Notes: a model not told the origin generated them from the letters alone. A stretch of DNA of 64,000 nt from Opitutales bacterium (GCA_033813415.1 JAPXRV010000006.1:10384-74383); one strand, 5' to 3'; positions 51,489 through 60,481 are shown, counted from the first letter of the stretch. Numbers and translations: made by a program.

Positions 51489-51927
51489 GGTTATAGTCTG
51501 GTCGGGGCCTGAGGATTTTCAAGACAGAAACCTTGATATTGCCCCGGACGTCGTTGTAGGAGCAGCCCATCCAACGAACGCAGTGAGCGATGTCACAAAC
51601 AAGAGTCTCTTTAACAACGTTTGCCAGCTAGGCTCACTAGGATCCGCAGCGCGGACATCGATTACAAGAGCGGAGTCCAAAGACTGCGGGTTTGAAGAAG
51701 TAGATCATTCTCTCGCCCGCTTCGACGCTGCATGCAGCGTCGAAGCTCAAGTCGCAAAGTCGCCAAGGAAAGAAAAACCGTATTTCTGAAACACGTGGAG
51801 CGAACGCAGTAAGTGATGTTAGGAAGAGAGATTTCCGTAACAACGCCCACCGGGAGGGCTACGCTCAGGTTCAGCGCATGCCGGGTTTCTCTCCCTTTGT
51901 CAGCAACATGAGACCTTCTTTCAGACG

Positions 51928-52078
51928 CTACTCCCAGGTATCGGGTCGCTTCGCGGTTACGATCCACCAAACTTGCTGCTTGCGGTAGACCAGCCAGATC
52001 CCCATTCGGTTCATTGTCGTGATTCGCAGCTAACCAACTCCGCCATTCGCTTCGGGTTGTGACTTCCACTCTCTTCAT
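51928..52078 (-). pseudogene. YdeI/OmdA-like gene remnant, frameshifted
   Basis: MKRVEVTTRSEWRSWLAANHDNEPNG, then in another frame GIWLVYRKQQ. Together these resemble the F..WL..NH....GIWL...KK start of the YdeI family. No intact ORF. Confidence 0.3.
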
Positions 52079-52185
52079 AACATAGATTTCAAACAGAACA
52101 ACCGTCAGACCAAATGACACCAACCCGAATGCGGATGATCGACGCGCATCCAACCATGTACGCGTTGTTCATATTAGGTTACGCC

Positions 52186-52605
52186 TCACTCACCATCGTT
52201 AACTCCAATAATCGCTCGCAGCTCAATCAACTCAGGCGACTCTGTTGAGATGTCAAACAGGTCTTCGGTGATATCCGTTACAGTATCCACGATACCGATA
52301 ATGAAATCACGTCCGGACTCACCATGCAGCCCTCCGAGAAAGACAGCTATGGCCTCAACATCGGCGAACCAGCCAGAGGGTTCTGTGTTCGGGTCTGGCA
52401 ACTCAAGATTCAGGCCCAAGTCCCAATACGGCAAATCACCTGGCTGCGCGCATGTCTCGTTCCAATGGCGTTGATTAACGACCCACACTCGGCCAGACAC
52501 CCAGTCTCGACTGTCGACAAACTCGGCAAAGCGGGCGTCCAGCAAATCCGCTACATCTTCAAGATCCGCTCCGTCAGTATATGCGTAAAGAACATGTCGG
52601 GCCAT
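52186..52605 (-). CDS. Acidic hypothetical protein (immunity-protein-like appearance)
   Basis: 139-aa ORF with clean coding look. No family recognised. Confidence 0.45.
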   Translation of the reverse strand: MARHVLYAYTDGADLEDVADLLDARFAEFVDSRDWVSGRVWVVNQRHWNETCAQPGDLPYWDLGLNLELPDPNTEPSGWFADVEAIAVFLGGLHGESGRDFIIGIVDTVTDITEDLFDISTESPELIELRAIIGVNDGE

Positions 52606-52785
52606 AACGCGCTATCAATTGAGCATCCAGTATTCAAAGCTTCTGCGATCGTCTCCCCTATGTCCATTTGAATCTATCGGATAAGACCAAGAACTCCTTT
52701 TTGGGCAGCTTATGCCCCATCCCATAACGATGGTTGTAATGACGTGAAGGAACACATGATAAGCGATCGAGTTTTGGAAGGAGGG

Positions 52786-53244
52786 TTAGGCGGTCTTGGC
52801 AAAATACCGCAGGGTGAGACGCAACATGTCGAAGAGTTGGATCCCATCCTCAAAGATCGGCGCAGGGTAGTGGTTGACAAAGAAGTCGTGGTCAATGCGG
52901 GTGACTCGAAACCCCTGCCGCTGGTAGAAGGCGAGTTGATATCCAAAGGTGCCGGTACCCACCTCTATTTCGCTTGCGCCGGCTTTGCGGTATTCATCAA
53001 TGACCCACTTCAAGAGCGCTGTGCCAACGCCTGACTGTTGGTGTTCCGGTTGAACCGCGATACTCATCAGCTCATGGCGACCGGAGCCAAGTGCCTGGAC
53101 GACACACGCACCGATAACCGCTTCACCCTTACAGGCAACGAAGCATTTTGACATCGGAAGATAGGAACGAATCTTTTCTTCCGATGGATCGGCAATCAGC
53201 AGCAGCTCAATCGGAGCTTCCGCTATCGGAACTTCCTGAATCAT
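52786..53244 (-). CDS. GNAT family N-acetyltransferase
   Basis: ELMSIAVQPEHQQSGVGTALLKWVIDEYRKAGASEIEVGTG...YQRQGF is the acetyl-CoA binding core. Start could be 53244, 53253 or 53262. Confidence 0.8.
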   Translation of the reverse strand: MIQEVPIAEAPIELLLIADPSEEKIRSYLPMSKCFVACKGEAVIGACVVQALGSGRHELMSIAVQPEHQQSGVGTALLKWVIDEYRKAGASEIEVGTGTFGYQLAFYQRQGFRVTRIDHDFFVNHYPAPIFEDGIQLFDMLRLTLRYFAKTA

Positions 53245-53326
53245 GACTGACATTCGTTTCATTTTTCCCGGTATAATGAGGATTTGTGAGCGCACATGAC
53301 AATCCCGGCCCGACAGACCCGTTCGC

Positions 53327-53572
53327 TCATTCCTCCTCGAACATTAACCGGAAGAGTTCCTGCGAGCGTTTGAGTCCCTCCTCAGTGAAAACCACGGATT
53401 TGGCTTTTCCCTTCGGGTCGTCAATCCATCCCTTCTTGTGCAGTCGGTCCATCACGTCCCAATCCTGGCCCTTCCATGCCCGGGTCACAAACCCATCATG
53501 GTGCGCCGTGAGGCTCAGCAAAGCGAGCACCGTATCATCAATCTTATCTTCATTTATTTTCATGGCATTCAA
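53327..53572 (-). CDS. Small conserved hypothetical protein (DUF6429-like by recollection)
   Basis: ...DDTVLALLSLTAHHDGFVTRAWKGQDWDVMDRLHKKGWIDDPKGKAKSVVFTEEGLKRSQELF. Confidence 0.55.
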   Translation of the reverse strand: MNAMKINEDKIDDTVLALLSLTAHHDGFVTRAWKGQDWDVMDRLHKKGWIDDPKGKAKSVVFTEEGLKRSQELFRLMFEEE

Positions 53573-53701
53573 CGTCGAGGTATATCACGGAGAGGAGCGC
53601 AACGACTCGGAGTTGAGATCGCTGCCTTGTTGACCTTTCCTTTTGGACTCACGCGAAGCGGGCGGGAGATTGTATTCATTTTTGGCCAACGTAAAGCTGT
53701 A

Positions 53702-54190
53702 TCACGGAGTGGAGCGCAGCGGAACGGAGTCAATACCACCGGCTGGCTCGACTTCCTGTGTTTGTTCGTTCGCAACCAACATCAAAATAACAAGCACAAT
53801 TGCCGCATGGGCGATCACGAAGACGAACCCTTTTCTATTCATCCATAACGGATTCTCATGGTTCTTTACTAGGAATGCCCAAATTCCAGAATTCAGCGTT
53901 AACGCTACGACTGCCAAGAATAGACATGGAATCGCAAAACGATATGCTCTGCGATTTGCCAATTGATCCTCAGTGATCCAATCATTCAGGGCAATGGCCG
54001 TAATTCGGAGCGCTTCAATACTTTTCGAATCACCAATTTTTCCGGCTAACGAAGTATGCCTTTCAATCGGGTAATTGTGGGCTCTCGCGTTGATTTCGCC
54101 AAACTGGTACAAAACAAGAAAACAGGCTACCATCGAAAACACGTTCAAGAGGTAGATAACCAATGCTGAAAATGGGGATCGTTTTTCCAT
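53702..54190 (-). CDS. Membrane protein, unknown function
   Basis: Four hydrophobic helices (e.g. FSALVIYLLNVFSMVACFLVLY, CLFLAVVALTLNSGIWAFLV, VFVIAHAAIVLVILMLV). Confidence 0.45.
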   Translation of the reverse strand: MEKRSPFSALVIYLLNVFSMVACFLVLYQFGEINARAHNYPIERHTSLAGKIGDSKSIEALRITAIALNDWITEDQLANRRAYRFAIPCLFLAVVALTLNSGIWAFLVKNHENPLWMNRKGFVFVIAHAAIVLVILMLVANEQTQEVEPAGGIDSVPLRSTP

Positions 54191-54596
54191 GTTGTCGATC
54201 AGTGTTCAATTCATTGCCATGAACCGGCAACAAATACGGGAAACCAAGGTAGCGGTTGGCTCACGTGATCAATGTTGCTGATGGGTTGGCCGATTGGCAA
54301 TCGGAAAGTATATGGACTCTGTTCCTCCTGTCTGATTGTTGTTTTTGGACATGATTTATGGGATTGAACGGGTTCATCTTCCTGCAAACTCATGATCCGT
54401 TCCTATGATCCATATTTTCGGGGCATCCAACACCATTGACCACAATAAGCGCGCATGGTTTTTCATAAACCTCTTATGCGGATAAAAGACGCGTCCACCT
54501 CTGAAGGAGGGGGTGCGTCGATCACGGGGTGAGAATTGTGGCCTGGGCAAATCATCGAAACTGAAACGCAGGTAGGGGTCTTCCCGACGCGTCTGG

Positions 54597-54977
54597 TTAG
54601 GTTTCTTCGATTTGCGTGGCGACTTCACATGGCAGAAATGAATCATCGCCGCAAGCATCAGGATCAATCGCTTCAAAGAGTCGTCTGAAATGTTCGCGGG
54701 GCTGCGTATGTATGAGCAGAAGTGCCTCGGCCAATTGTGGCACACTGGACGCAACCAACCTACGAGACCGGAATGCATCGTCATGATCGACCATGAAAAT
54801 CCTTCCTGACTCTTCGATGTCAATGCACATGGGGTTACCAGCCCCATCCGATCCCAATGTGTGGTATCGCTTCAGGAAATCGGTATCCACGCCGGAGACG
54901 CCATACGGAAAGCAACCGAGCATTCCAATGAATCCGGCCAAAGGCATGTCGCCTTTGGTTTGCGGTTTCAAGGGCAT
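54597..54977 (-). CDS. SUKH (SMI1/KNR4)-like immunity-type protein, possibly N-terminally truncated
   Basis: ...LGSDGAGNPMCIDIEESGRIFMVDHDDAF...VASSVPQLAEALLL resembles the SUKH-family C-terminal half. Start uncertain. Confidence 0.4.
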   Translation of the reverse strand: MPLKPQTKGDMPLAGFIGMLGCFPYGVSGVDTDFLKRYHTLGSDGAGNPMCIDIEESGRIFMVDHDDAFRSRRLVASSVPQLAEALLLIHTQPREHFRRLFEAIDPDACGDDSFLPCEVATQIEET

Positions 54978-55047
54978 TGAAACGGGTTTTCAAGGAACGA
55001 TCCGGGCCGACAATACGGACATGATGGCGCGAGGATTATTGGGTTCA

Positions 55048-55164
55048 TATTCCCGAACGGGAACAAGCTCAGAGTATTCAGCTGCAATCGCGGTTTCATT
55101 ACCGAACGGGAATAATAGGCTTGATTACCTCAGGCATCTCTGATTGTAATACCGAACGGGAATA
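55048..55164. promoter_or_regulatory. Three imperfect 18-bp palindromes (TATTmCCG-AA-CGGGAAyA) spaced 49-50 bp apart upstream of the HTH gene: candidate operators
   Basis: tattcccgAAcgggaaca at 55048-55065, cattaccgAAcgggaata at 55097-55114 and taataccgAAcgggaata at 55147-55164. The last ends 14 nt before the ATG at 55179. Confidence 0.55.
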
Positions 55165-55178
55165 AACTCGAAATAAGA

Positions 55179-55388
55179 ATGACGACTCAGCAAATCGGCG
55201 AAGAGATTAAGGTGCAGCGAAAGCGCCTTAAAATGAATCAATCGGAGTTGGCGATGGTATCCGGCACGGGGGTGCGCTTCATCAGTGACTTGGAGAACGG
55301 CAAACCAAGCTGCGAGCTGGGCAAGACGCTTTCGGTCCTGACAAATCTGGGCCTCGATATCCAAATCACTCCACACAAAGGCGCGTAA
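55179..55388 (+). CDS. XRE-family HTH protein, HipB-like antitoxin
   Basis: QIGEEIKVQRKRLKMNQSELAMVSGTGVRFISDLENGKPSCELGKTLSVLTNLGLDI is the typical y4mF/HipB-type antitoxin sequence. Confidence 0.8.
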   Translation: MTTQQIGEEIKVQRKRLKMNQSELAMVSGTGVRFISDLENGKPSCELGKTLSVLTNLGLDIQITPHKGA

Positions 55389-55415
55389 AATGGCCAGAAC
55401 CCTGAATGCTTTTGC

Positions 55416-55712
55416 ATGCGACTCGCGGCGCGTTCCGGACTTGATGTGGCACCCGTTGCCATTGGCACAGCAGGACCATACCGGTTCCTGCAAGTGGGGC
55501 GCTATGATCGCAAGCCACTCGGAAAGAACTGGCTGAGGTTTTTCCACGATGCAGGACTTGGTCCCGCAGTCGCTGCCAAGCGGCTGAGAGCGTTTGCGGC
55601 AAATGTGAGCAAAAATGTCCGTGCGATGGATGAATCCGCAGCCGGGTGGGAGCTGATATCGCCGATCGTTTTGGCCAACTGCGCCCGCGTGATCTCACTT
55701 GATATCAGATGA
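55416..55712 (+). pseudogene. HipA kinase toxin remnant (internally deleted)
   Basis: MRLAARSGLDVAPVAI...YRFLQVGRYDR resembles the HipA core (..RFDR). It then jumps to a C-terminal-like segment. At 98 aa it is far short of the roughly 440 aa expected. Confidence 0.55.
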
Positions 55713-56086
55713 CAGCCACCCGGTTTTGTGACTGGCTTGCCATGAGCCCTTCGGCCTTGCTCAGGATCAACAAGTGATCGAAGGAACTGAGGAACGCGTC
55801 TTACCAAGCCACGATTCATGGGGGCGACATCTTCAATCGCGGAGAGAGGGGGATTGCAGGCTTCTCGCCGCAGCTGCGGCTCGTGAACAACGCTCGGAAA
55901 AGTCATATCATCCACCCGATTTCAAACACTGGATGCTCCCCTCCTTTCCATGAAATGTCGTGGACTTCCACGTCTTTTCGTGAACCGGAGTGCATTTGCC
56001 TCCGATCATGGAGAGTTTGGAATTGAATCCCATACATCTGCGCCATTTAATCAGGGACTGTCGGAACAATCACCCCATCCCTTCCC

Positions 56087-57847
56087 ATGGCCAGCCGGAA
56101 ATCCAACACCGATAAGACTTCAAAAACATCCACCGCCAATATCGGCTTCGAGGCAAAGCTCTGGCTCGCCGCCGACAAGCTGCGCAACAACATGGACGCG
56201 GCGGAATACAAGCACGTCGTCCTGGGGCTGATCTTCCTCAAATACATCTCCGACACCTTTGAGGAACACCGCTCCAAGCTGCTGACAGGGGAAGGGGACT
56301 ACGAAGGAGCAAACCCCGAAGATCCAGACGAATACAAGGCTGAGAACGTCTTCTGGGTGCCTTCCGAAGCCCGTTGGTCGTATCTGCAGGCCAACGCCAA
56401 ACAACCCACCATCGGAAAGCTGGTGGACGATGCCATGGTTGCCATCGAGCGCGACAACCCACGCCTCAAGGGTGTGCTGCCCAAGGACTATGCGCGGCCA
56501 GCGTTGGATAAACATCGGCTGGGAGAGTTGATCGACTTGATTGGTAGCATCGAGCTTGGAGACCGCGCACCCTCACCCCAGCCCTCTCCCAGCGGGAGAG
56601 GGAGCGAAGACGGCCTCCCCTCTACCACTGGGAGAGGGGTCGGGGGTGAGGGTGGACCGACCCACAGATCGGTAGATCTGTTGGGGCGTGTCTATGAGTA
56701 TTTCCTCACCCGCTTTGCATCTGCCGAAGGGAAAAACGGTGGTCAGTTCTACACACCCTCCTGTATCGTGCGCCTGCTGGTGGAAATGCTGGCTCCCTAC
56801 AAAGGACGCATCTACGACCCATGCTGTGGTTCCGGTGGCATGTTTGTGCAGTCCGAAAAGTTTGTAGAGGCTCACGGGGGACGTCTGGGCGACATCAGCA
56901 TCTACGGGCAGGAGAGCAATGCCACCACCCGCCGCCTCGCCATCATGAACCTCGCGATCCGCGGCATCGAGGCCGACTTCGGCTCCGAACACGCCGACAC
57001 CTTCCGCCGCGACCTGCATCCCGACCTCCGTGCCGACTACGTGCTCGCCAATCCACCCTTCAACGACAGCGACTGGTTCCGCAAGGACGACGATGTGCGC
57101 TGGGCTTACGGCGTCCCACCCAAGGGCAACGCCAACTTCGCCTGGGTACAGCACTTTATCCACCACCTCGCCCCCAACGGCTTGGCAGGCTTCGTCCTTG
57201 CCAACGGCAGCATGAGCTCCAATCAGTCCGGCGAAGGCGACATCCGCAAAGCCCTCATCGAGGCTGACCTTGTGGACTGTATGGTCGCTTTGCCCGGACA
57301 GTTGTTCTACTCCACGCAAATCCCTGTGTGTCTGTGGTTTCTAAGTCGCGATAAGTCCGGGCGACCACCCTCATCCCCGACCCTTCTCCCAAAGGGAGAA
57401 GGGAGGAAAGCGGGAACCGATAGGCGCAAACAAACGCTGTTTATAGATGCAAGAAAGCTGGGCACGCTGATCGACCGCGTCCACCGCGAACTGACTGAAG
57501 CTGACTTGGAGAAAATCACCTCCACCTATCACCTCTGGCGTGGTGACCCTCACCCGACCTCTGGCCACCCTCTCCCAGCGGGAGAGGGACGGGGTGAGGG
57601 CGAATCCATGCACTATCAAGATGTTGCCGGCTTCTGTAAGTCGGCGACTACTCAGGAAATTGCTGGGCATGGATTCGTGCTCACACCAGGTCGCTATGTG
57701 GGAGCCGAGGAAGTCGAAGACGACGGCGAACCCTTTGACGAGAAGATGCCCCGCCTCATTGCCGAACTGGAGGCGCAGTTTGCCGAGTCTGCCAAGCTGG
57801 AACAGGCCATCCGCTCCAACCTCAAAGGACTCGGTTTCGGAGGATGA
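56087..57847 (+). CDS. hsdM: Type I restriction-modification system, DNA methyltransferase subunit
   Basis: HsdM_N ([38 protein letters not shown]), [13 protein letters not shown] and catalytic NPPF. Carries three in-frame low-complexity inserts that coincide with palindromic DNA elements. Confidence 0.93.
   Translation: MASRKSNTDKTSKTSTANIGFEAKLWLAADKLRNNMDAAEYKHVVLGLIFLKYISDTFEEHRSKLLTGEGDYEGANPEDPDEYKAENVFWVPSEARWSYLQANAKQPTIGKLVDDAMVAIERDNPRLKGVLPKDYARPALDKHRLGELIDLIGSIELGDRAPSPQPSPSGRGSEDGLPSTTGRGVGGEGGPTHRSVDLLGRVYEYFLTRFASAEGKNGGQFYTPSCIVRLLVEMLAPYKGRIYDPCCGSGGMFVQSEKFVEAHGGRLGDISIYGQESNATTRRLAIMNLAIRGIEADFGSEHADTFRRDLHPDLRADYVLANPPFNDSDWFRKDDDVRWAYGVPPKGNANFAWVQHFIHHLAPNGLAGFVLANGSMSSNQSGEGDIRKALIEADLVDCMVALPGQLFYSTQIPVCLWFLSRDKSGRPPSSPTLLPKGEGRKAGTDRRKQTLFIDARKLGTLIDRVHRELTEADLEKITSTYHLWRGDPHPTSGHPLPAGEGRGEGESMHYQDVAGFCKSATTQEIAGHGFVLTPGRYVGAEEVEDDGEPFDEKMPRLIAELEAQFAESAKLEQAIRSNLKGLGFGG
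56568..56655. repeat. Nested palindromic mini-element ('ccctcacccc...gggagaggg' family) inside hsdM, in-frame
   Basis: Outer arms caccctcacccc (56568-56579) / ggggtgagggtg (56643-56654). Inner hairpins ccctctccc-agc-gggagaggg (56582-56602) and cccctct...agagggg (56617-56639). Translated as [30 protein letters not shown]. Confidence 0.85.
57365..57406. repeat. Palindromic mini-element, second in-frame copy in hsdM
   Basis: ccaccctcatccccga + cccttctccc-aaa-gggagaaggg (57381-57403). Translated as [15 protein letters not shown]. Confidence 0.8.
57547..57600. repeat. Palindromic mini-element, third in-frame copy in hsdM
   Basis: ccctcacccg (57547-57556) ... ccctctccc-agc-gggagaggg (57568-57588) ... 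cggggtgaggg (57590-57600). Translated as [18 protein letters not shown]. Confidence 0.85.
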
Positions 57848-57850
57848 ATC

Positions 57851-58792
57851 ATGGCAGACCCCCTTTCCATCATCCCCTTGAGCAACATCAAACCGCTGAT
57901 TTACACCATTCGCGGGCAACAGGTCATGCTCGACAGCGACTTGGCGGAAATCTACGAAGTGGAAACCAAGTTTTTCAACCGTGCGGTGAAACGCAACATT
58001 GAGCGTTTCCCTGACACATTTCGATTTCAGCTGACCCAAGAGGAATATGATAGCTTGCGGTCACAATGGGTTACCCCAAGCCCAGACGATTCTTTAAGGT
58101 GCCAAATTGGAACCTTAGAAAAAGAAGGACGCGGACAGCACAGGAAGTATTTGCCCTACGCCTTCACCGAGCAGGGTGTGTCCATGCTCTCAGCTGTTCT
58201 ACGGAGCGACACGGCGATCAAGGTCAGCATCCAGATCATCAACGCCTTTGTCGAGATGCGCCGCTTCATCCAGGGCAGCGCGAGTCTCTTCGCCCGTCTG
58301 GATTCAGTCGAGAAGCGCCAGCTCGCCTTGGAAACCAAAACCGCCGAAAACTTCGAAAAAGTCTTTCAGGCACTCGAAGCTTCCGCACCGCCCAAACAAG
58401 GCATTTTCTACGATGGGCAGGTTCACGATGCCCACGTTTTCGCTTCCGACCTCATCCGCAGTGCGAAAAAGACCCTCATCCTTATCGACAACTACGTCGA
58501 CGATACCGTGCTCACGCTCCTGACCAAGCGGAAGCAAGGGGTCACCGCCAGCATCTTTACCAAGAGCATTTCGAAGCAACTCGCCCTCGACCTCGAAAAG
58601 CACAACGCACAATACCCGCCCATCGAGATCAAGACCTTCAAGGACGCCCACGACCGCTTCCTCATCCTCGATGAGCGCGACATCTACCACATCGGTGCCT
58701 CTCTCAAGGACCTCGGCAAAAAGTGGTTCGCCTTCTCCAAATTCGAAACCGGAGCCCTCGACATGCTCAAAAAACTGGGGGAAGGAAAATGA
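57851..58792 (+). CDS. ORF6N (KilA-N-related) domain protein
   Basis: IRGQQVMLDSDLAEIYEVETKFFNRAVKRNIERFPDTFRFQLTQEE is the ORF6N signature. The C-terminal domain ends ...AHDRFLILDERDIYHIGASLKDLGKKWF. Starts 4 nt after the hsdM stop. Confidence 0.8.
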   Translation: MADPLSIIPLSNIKPLIYTIRGQQVMLDSDLAEIYEVETKFFNRAVKRNIERFPDTFRFQLTQEEYDSLRSQWVTPSPDDSLRCQIGTLEKEGRGQHRKYLPYAFTEQGVSMLSAVLRSDTAIKVSIQIINAFVEMRRFIQGSASLFARLDSVEKRQLALETKTAENFEKVFQALEASAPPKQGIFYDGQVHDAHVFASDLIRSAKKTLILIDNYVDDTVLTLLTKRKQGVTASIFTKSISKQLALDLEKHNAQYPPIEIKTFKDAHDRFLILDERDIYHIGASLKDLGKKWFAFSKFETGALDMLKKLGEGK

Positions 58793-59016
58793 ACGCCAGC
58801 TTCAAAGCATTTCACCCTTCCGATTTCAACCTCCACCATTCAACCATGACCGCTGAATCCGGACAAAAAGAAACCTTGGTGCCTTTCGACTGCAAGCAGC
58901 CGAGGAAGGGATACCAAGGTCAACGGGGGAATTCTGCTGCTTTCCCATGGGTGCGTCAAACTACATTTTCACAGAGCAGTGGGAGTTGTTCGCCCTGTGA
59001 TGGGAAGCGGGAAATG

Positions 59017-59105
59017 GTGAAGAGTGAAGTTAGAAAAGTGAAAACGGCATTGGCCATCTGCTTTGGAGTCTTTCACCATTCTGATTTCACTCTTCACTCT
59101 TCAAC
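59017..59105. repeat. Second palindromic element family ('gtgaagagtgaa...ttcactcttcac'), intergenic copy upstream of hsdS
   Basis: Left arm gtgaagagtgaagttagaaaagtgaaaac, right arm gtctttcaccattctgatttcactcttcactcttcaac. A half copy lies at 58807-58845. Confidence 0.8.
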
Positions 59106-59119
59106 AGGAGGGCTGGGTT

Positions 59120-60481
59120 ATGGCGGGTGAATGGAAAATATCGCGATTGGGCAATTGTGTCACCCATCAAAAGGGGTTCGCCTTTAAGTCTTCGGACTAT
59201 CGGCCAAGTGGGCACCCTATCATTCGGGTTTCGAACTTCACCGACCGGTCAATCGACATGGCCGAGTGCAGCTATTTGGACCACGACACGGTTCAGCAAT
59301 ACGAAGACTACAAACTCAGGCACCGTGATGCCGTCATTGCGACCGTTGGATCTTGGCCGACAAATCCAGCTTCTGTCGTGGGGAAAACCATCTGCGTTCC
59401 GGAGAAGGCGGAAGGCGCTCTCCTGAACCAAAACGCTGTTCGCTTGCGAACAAAGGCAGACCTCGACCAACGCTTCCTGTTCTACTTGCTGAAGCAGCCA
59501 GACTTTCAGACCTACATCGTTGGGACTGCGCAAGGCAGCGCAAGTCAGGCGAGCATTACCCTTAGCGACATCTTCGGATTCGAGTTCCAATGCCCACCCC
59601 TCCCCGAGCAAAATGCGATTGCGGGAATACTTGGGGCGCTGGATGACAAGATCGAGTTGAACCGGCGGATGAACGCCACGCTGGAGGCGATGGCACGGGC
59701 ACTGTTTCAATCGTGGTTTATTGATTTCGATCCAGTCCGGCGAAACATGGATCGAAACGGGCAACCCACGCAACAAAGTAAAACAGGAAGCGTGAAGCGT
59801 GAAATGGAACCGCCTTCCGCCATTTCTGATTTCACTTCTCAATCTTCCCACTTCGACTCCCTCTTCCCCGCGAGCTTCCAAGACTCCCCCCTCGGCCCGA
59901 TTCCGAAGGGGTGGCGAGTTGCCTCGATCTACGAAATCGCAGATGTAATATATGGTGCTCCGTTTGCCTCATCTCTTTTCAACTCGGAGAGAGTTGGAAA
60001 GCCACTGGTTAGAATCAGAGACTTACCCAGTGAAAGCCCAGGAGTTTTCACGACTGAAGAGCATCCTAAAGGATACTTGCTTAAGCCTGGCGACATTGCC
60101 GTCGGGATGGACGGTGAATTCCGAGCCTACATTTGGGCAGGCGTGGAATCGTGGCTAAATCAGCGAGTCTGTGTCTTCGCACCGAAGCCCGGATTTTCCG
60201 CCGCATTTGTTCGCAATAGTATCATCGCCCCCCTCGCTCAAGTTGAAGCTACTGAGACCGCGACAACCGTGATTCACCTTGGCAAAAACGATATCGACCG
60301 CTTCACCGCGATCCTCCCTTGTGCGTCTGTTGCTGAAGCGTTTACTCGTCTATGCCAGCCGTGGTATGAGAAGATTGTCACCAACAAACAGCAATCCCGC
60401 ACCCTCGCAACCCTGCGCGACACGCTGCTTCCGAAGCTGCTGAGCGGAGAAATCTCCACCTTATCGATCACAATCAACTGA
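59120..60481 (+). CDS. hsdS: Type I restriction-modification system, specificity subunit
   Basis: Two target-recognition domains separated by the conserved helix PPLPEQNAIAGILGALDDKIELNRRMNATLEAMARALFQSWFIDFDP, with a C-terminal LRDTLLPKLLSGEI. Start trimmed to MAGEWKISRLG at 59120. Confidence 0.88.
   Translation: MAGEWKISRLGNCVTHQKGFAFKSSDYRPSGHPIIRVSNFTDRSIDMAECSYLDHDTVQQYEDYKLRHRDAVIATVGSWPTNPASVVGKTICVPEKAEGALLNQNAVRLRTKADLDQRFLFYLLKQPDFQTYIVGTAQGSASQASITLSDIFGFEFQCPPLPEQNAIAGILGALDDKIELNRRMNATLEAMARALFQSWFIDFDPVRRNMDRNGQPTQQSKTGSVKREMEPPSAISDFTSQSSHFDSLFPASFQDSPLGPIPKGWRVASIYEIADVIYGAPFASSLFNSERVGKPLVRIRDLPSESPGVFTTEEHPKGYLLKPGDIAVGMDGEFRAYIWAGVESWLNQRVCVFAPKPGFSAAFVRNSIIAPLAQVEATETATTVIHLGKNDIDRFTAILPCASVAEAFTRLCQPWYEKIVTNKQQSRTLATLRDTLLPKLLSGEISTLSITIN
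59787..59854. repeat. 'gtgaag' family palindromic element inserted in-frame in hsdS after the central conserved helix
   Basis: gaagcgtgaagcgtgaaatgg ... ccatttctgatttcacttctcaatcttcccacttc. Translated as GSVKREMEPPSAISDFTSQSSHF. Confidence 0.75.

Noticed and set aside
55502-55915. 137-aa minus-strand ORF between the hipA remnant and hsdM
   Set aside because: Its 3' half is antisense to the hipA remnant and no family was recognised. Probably spurious, although the 5' part (55716-55915) could hide a small gene.
56573-58039. 248-aa and 222-aa minus-strand ORFs opposite hsdM
   Set aside because: Shadow ORFs. hsdM motifs (NPPF etc.) are on the + strand.
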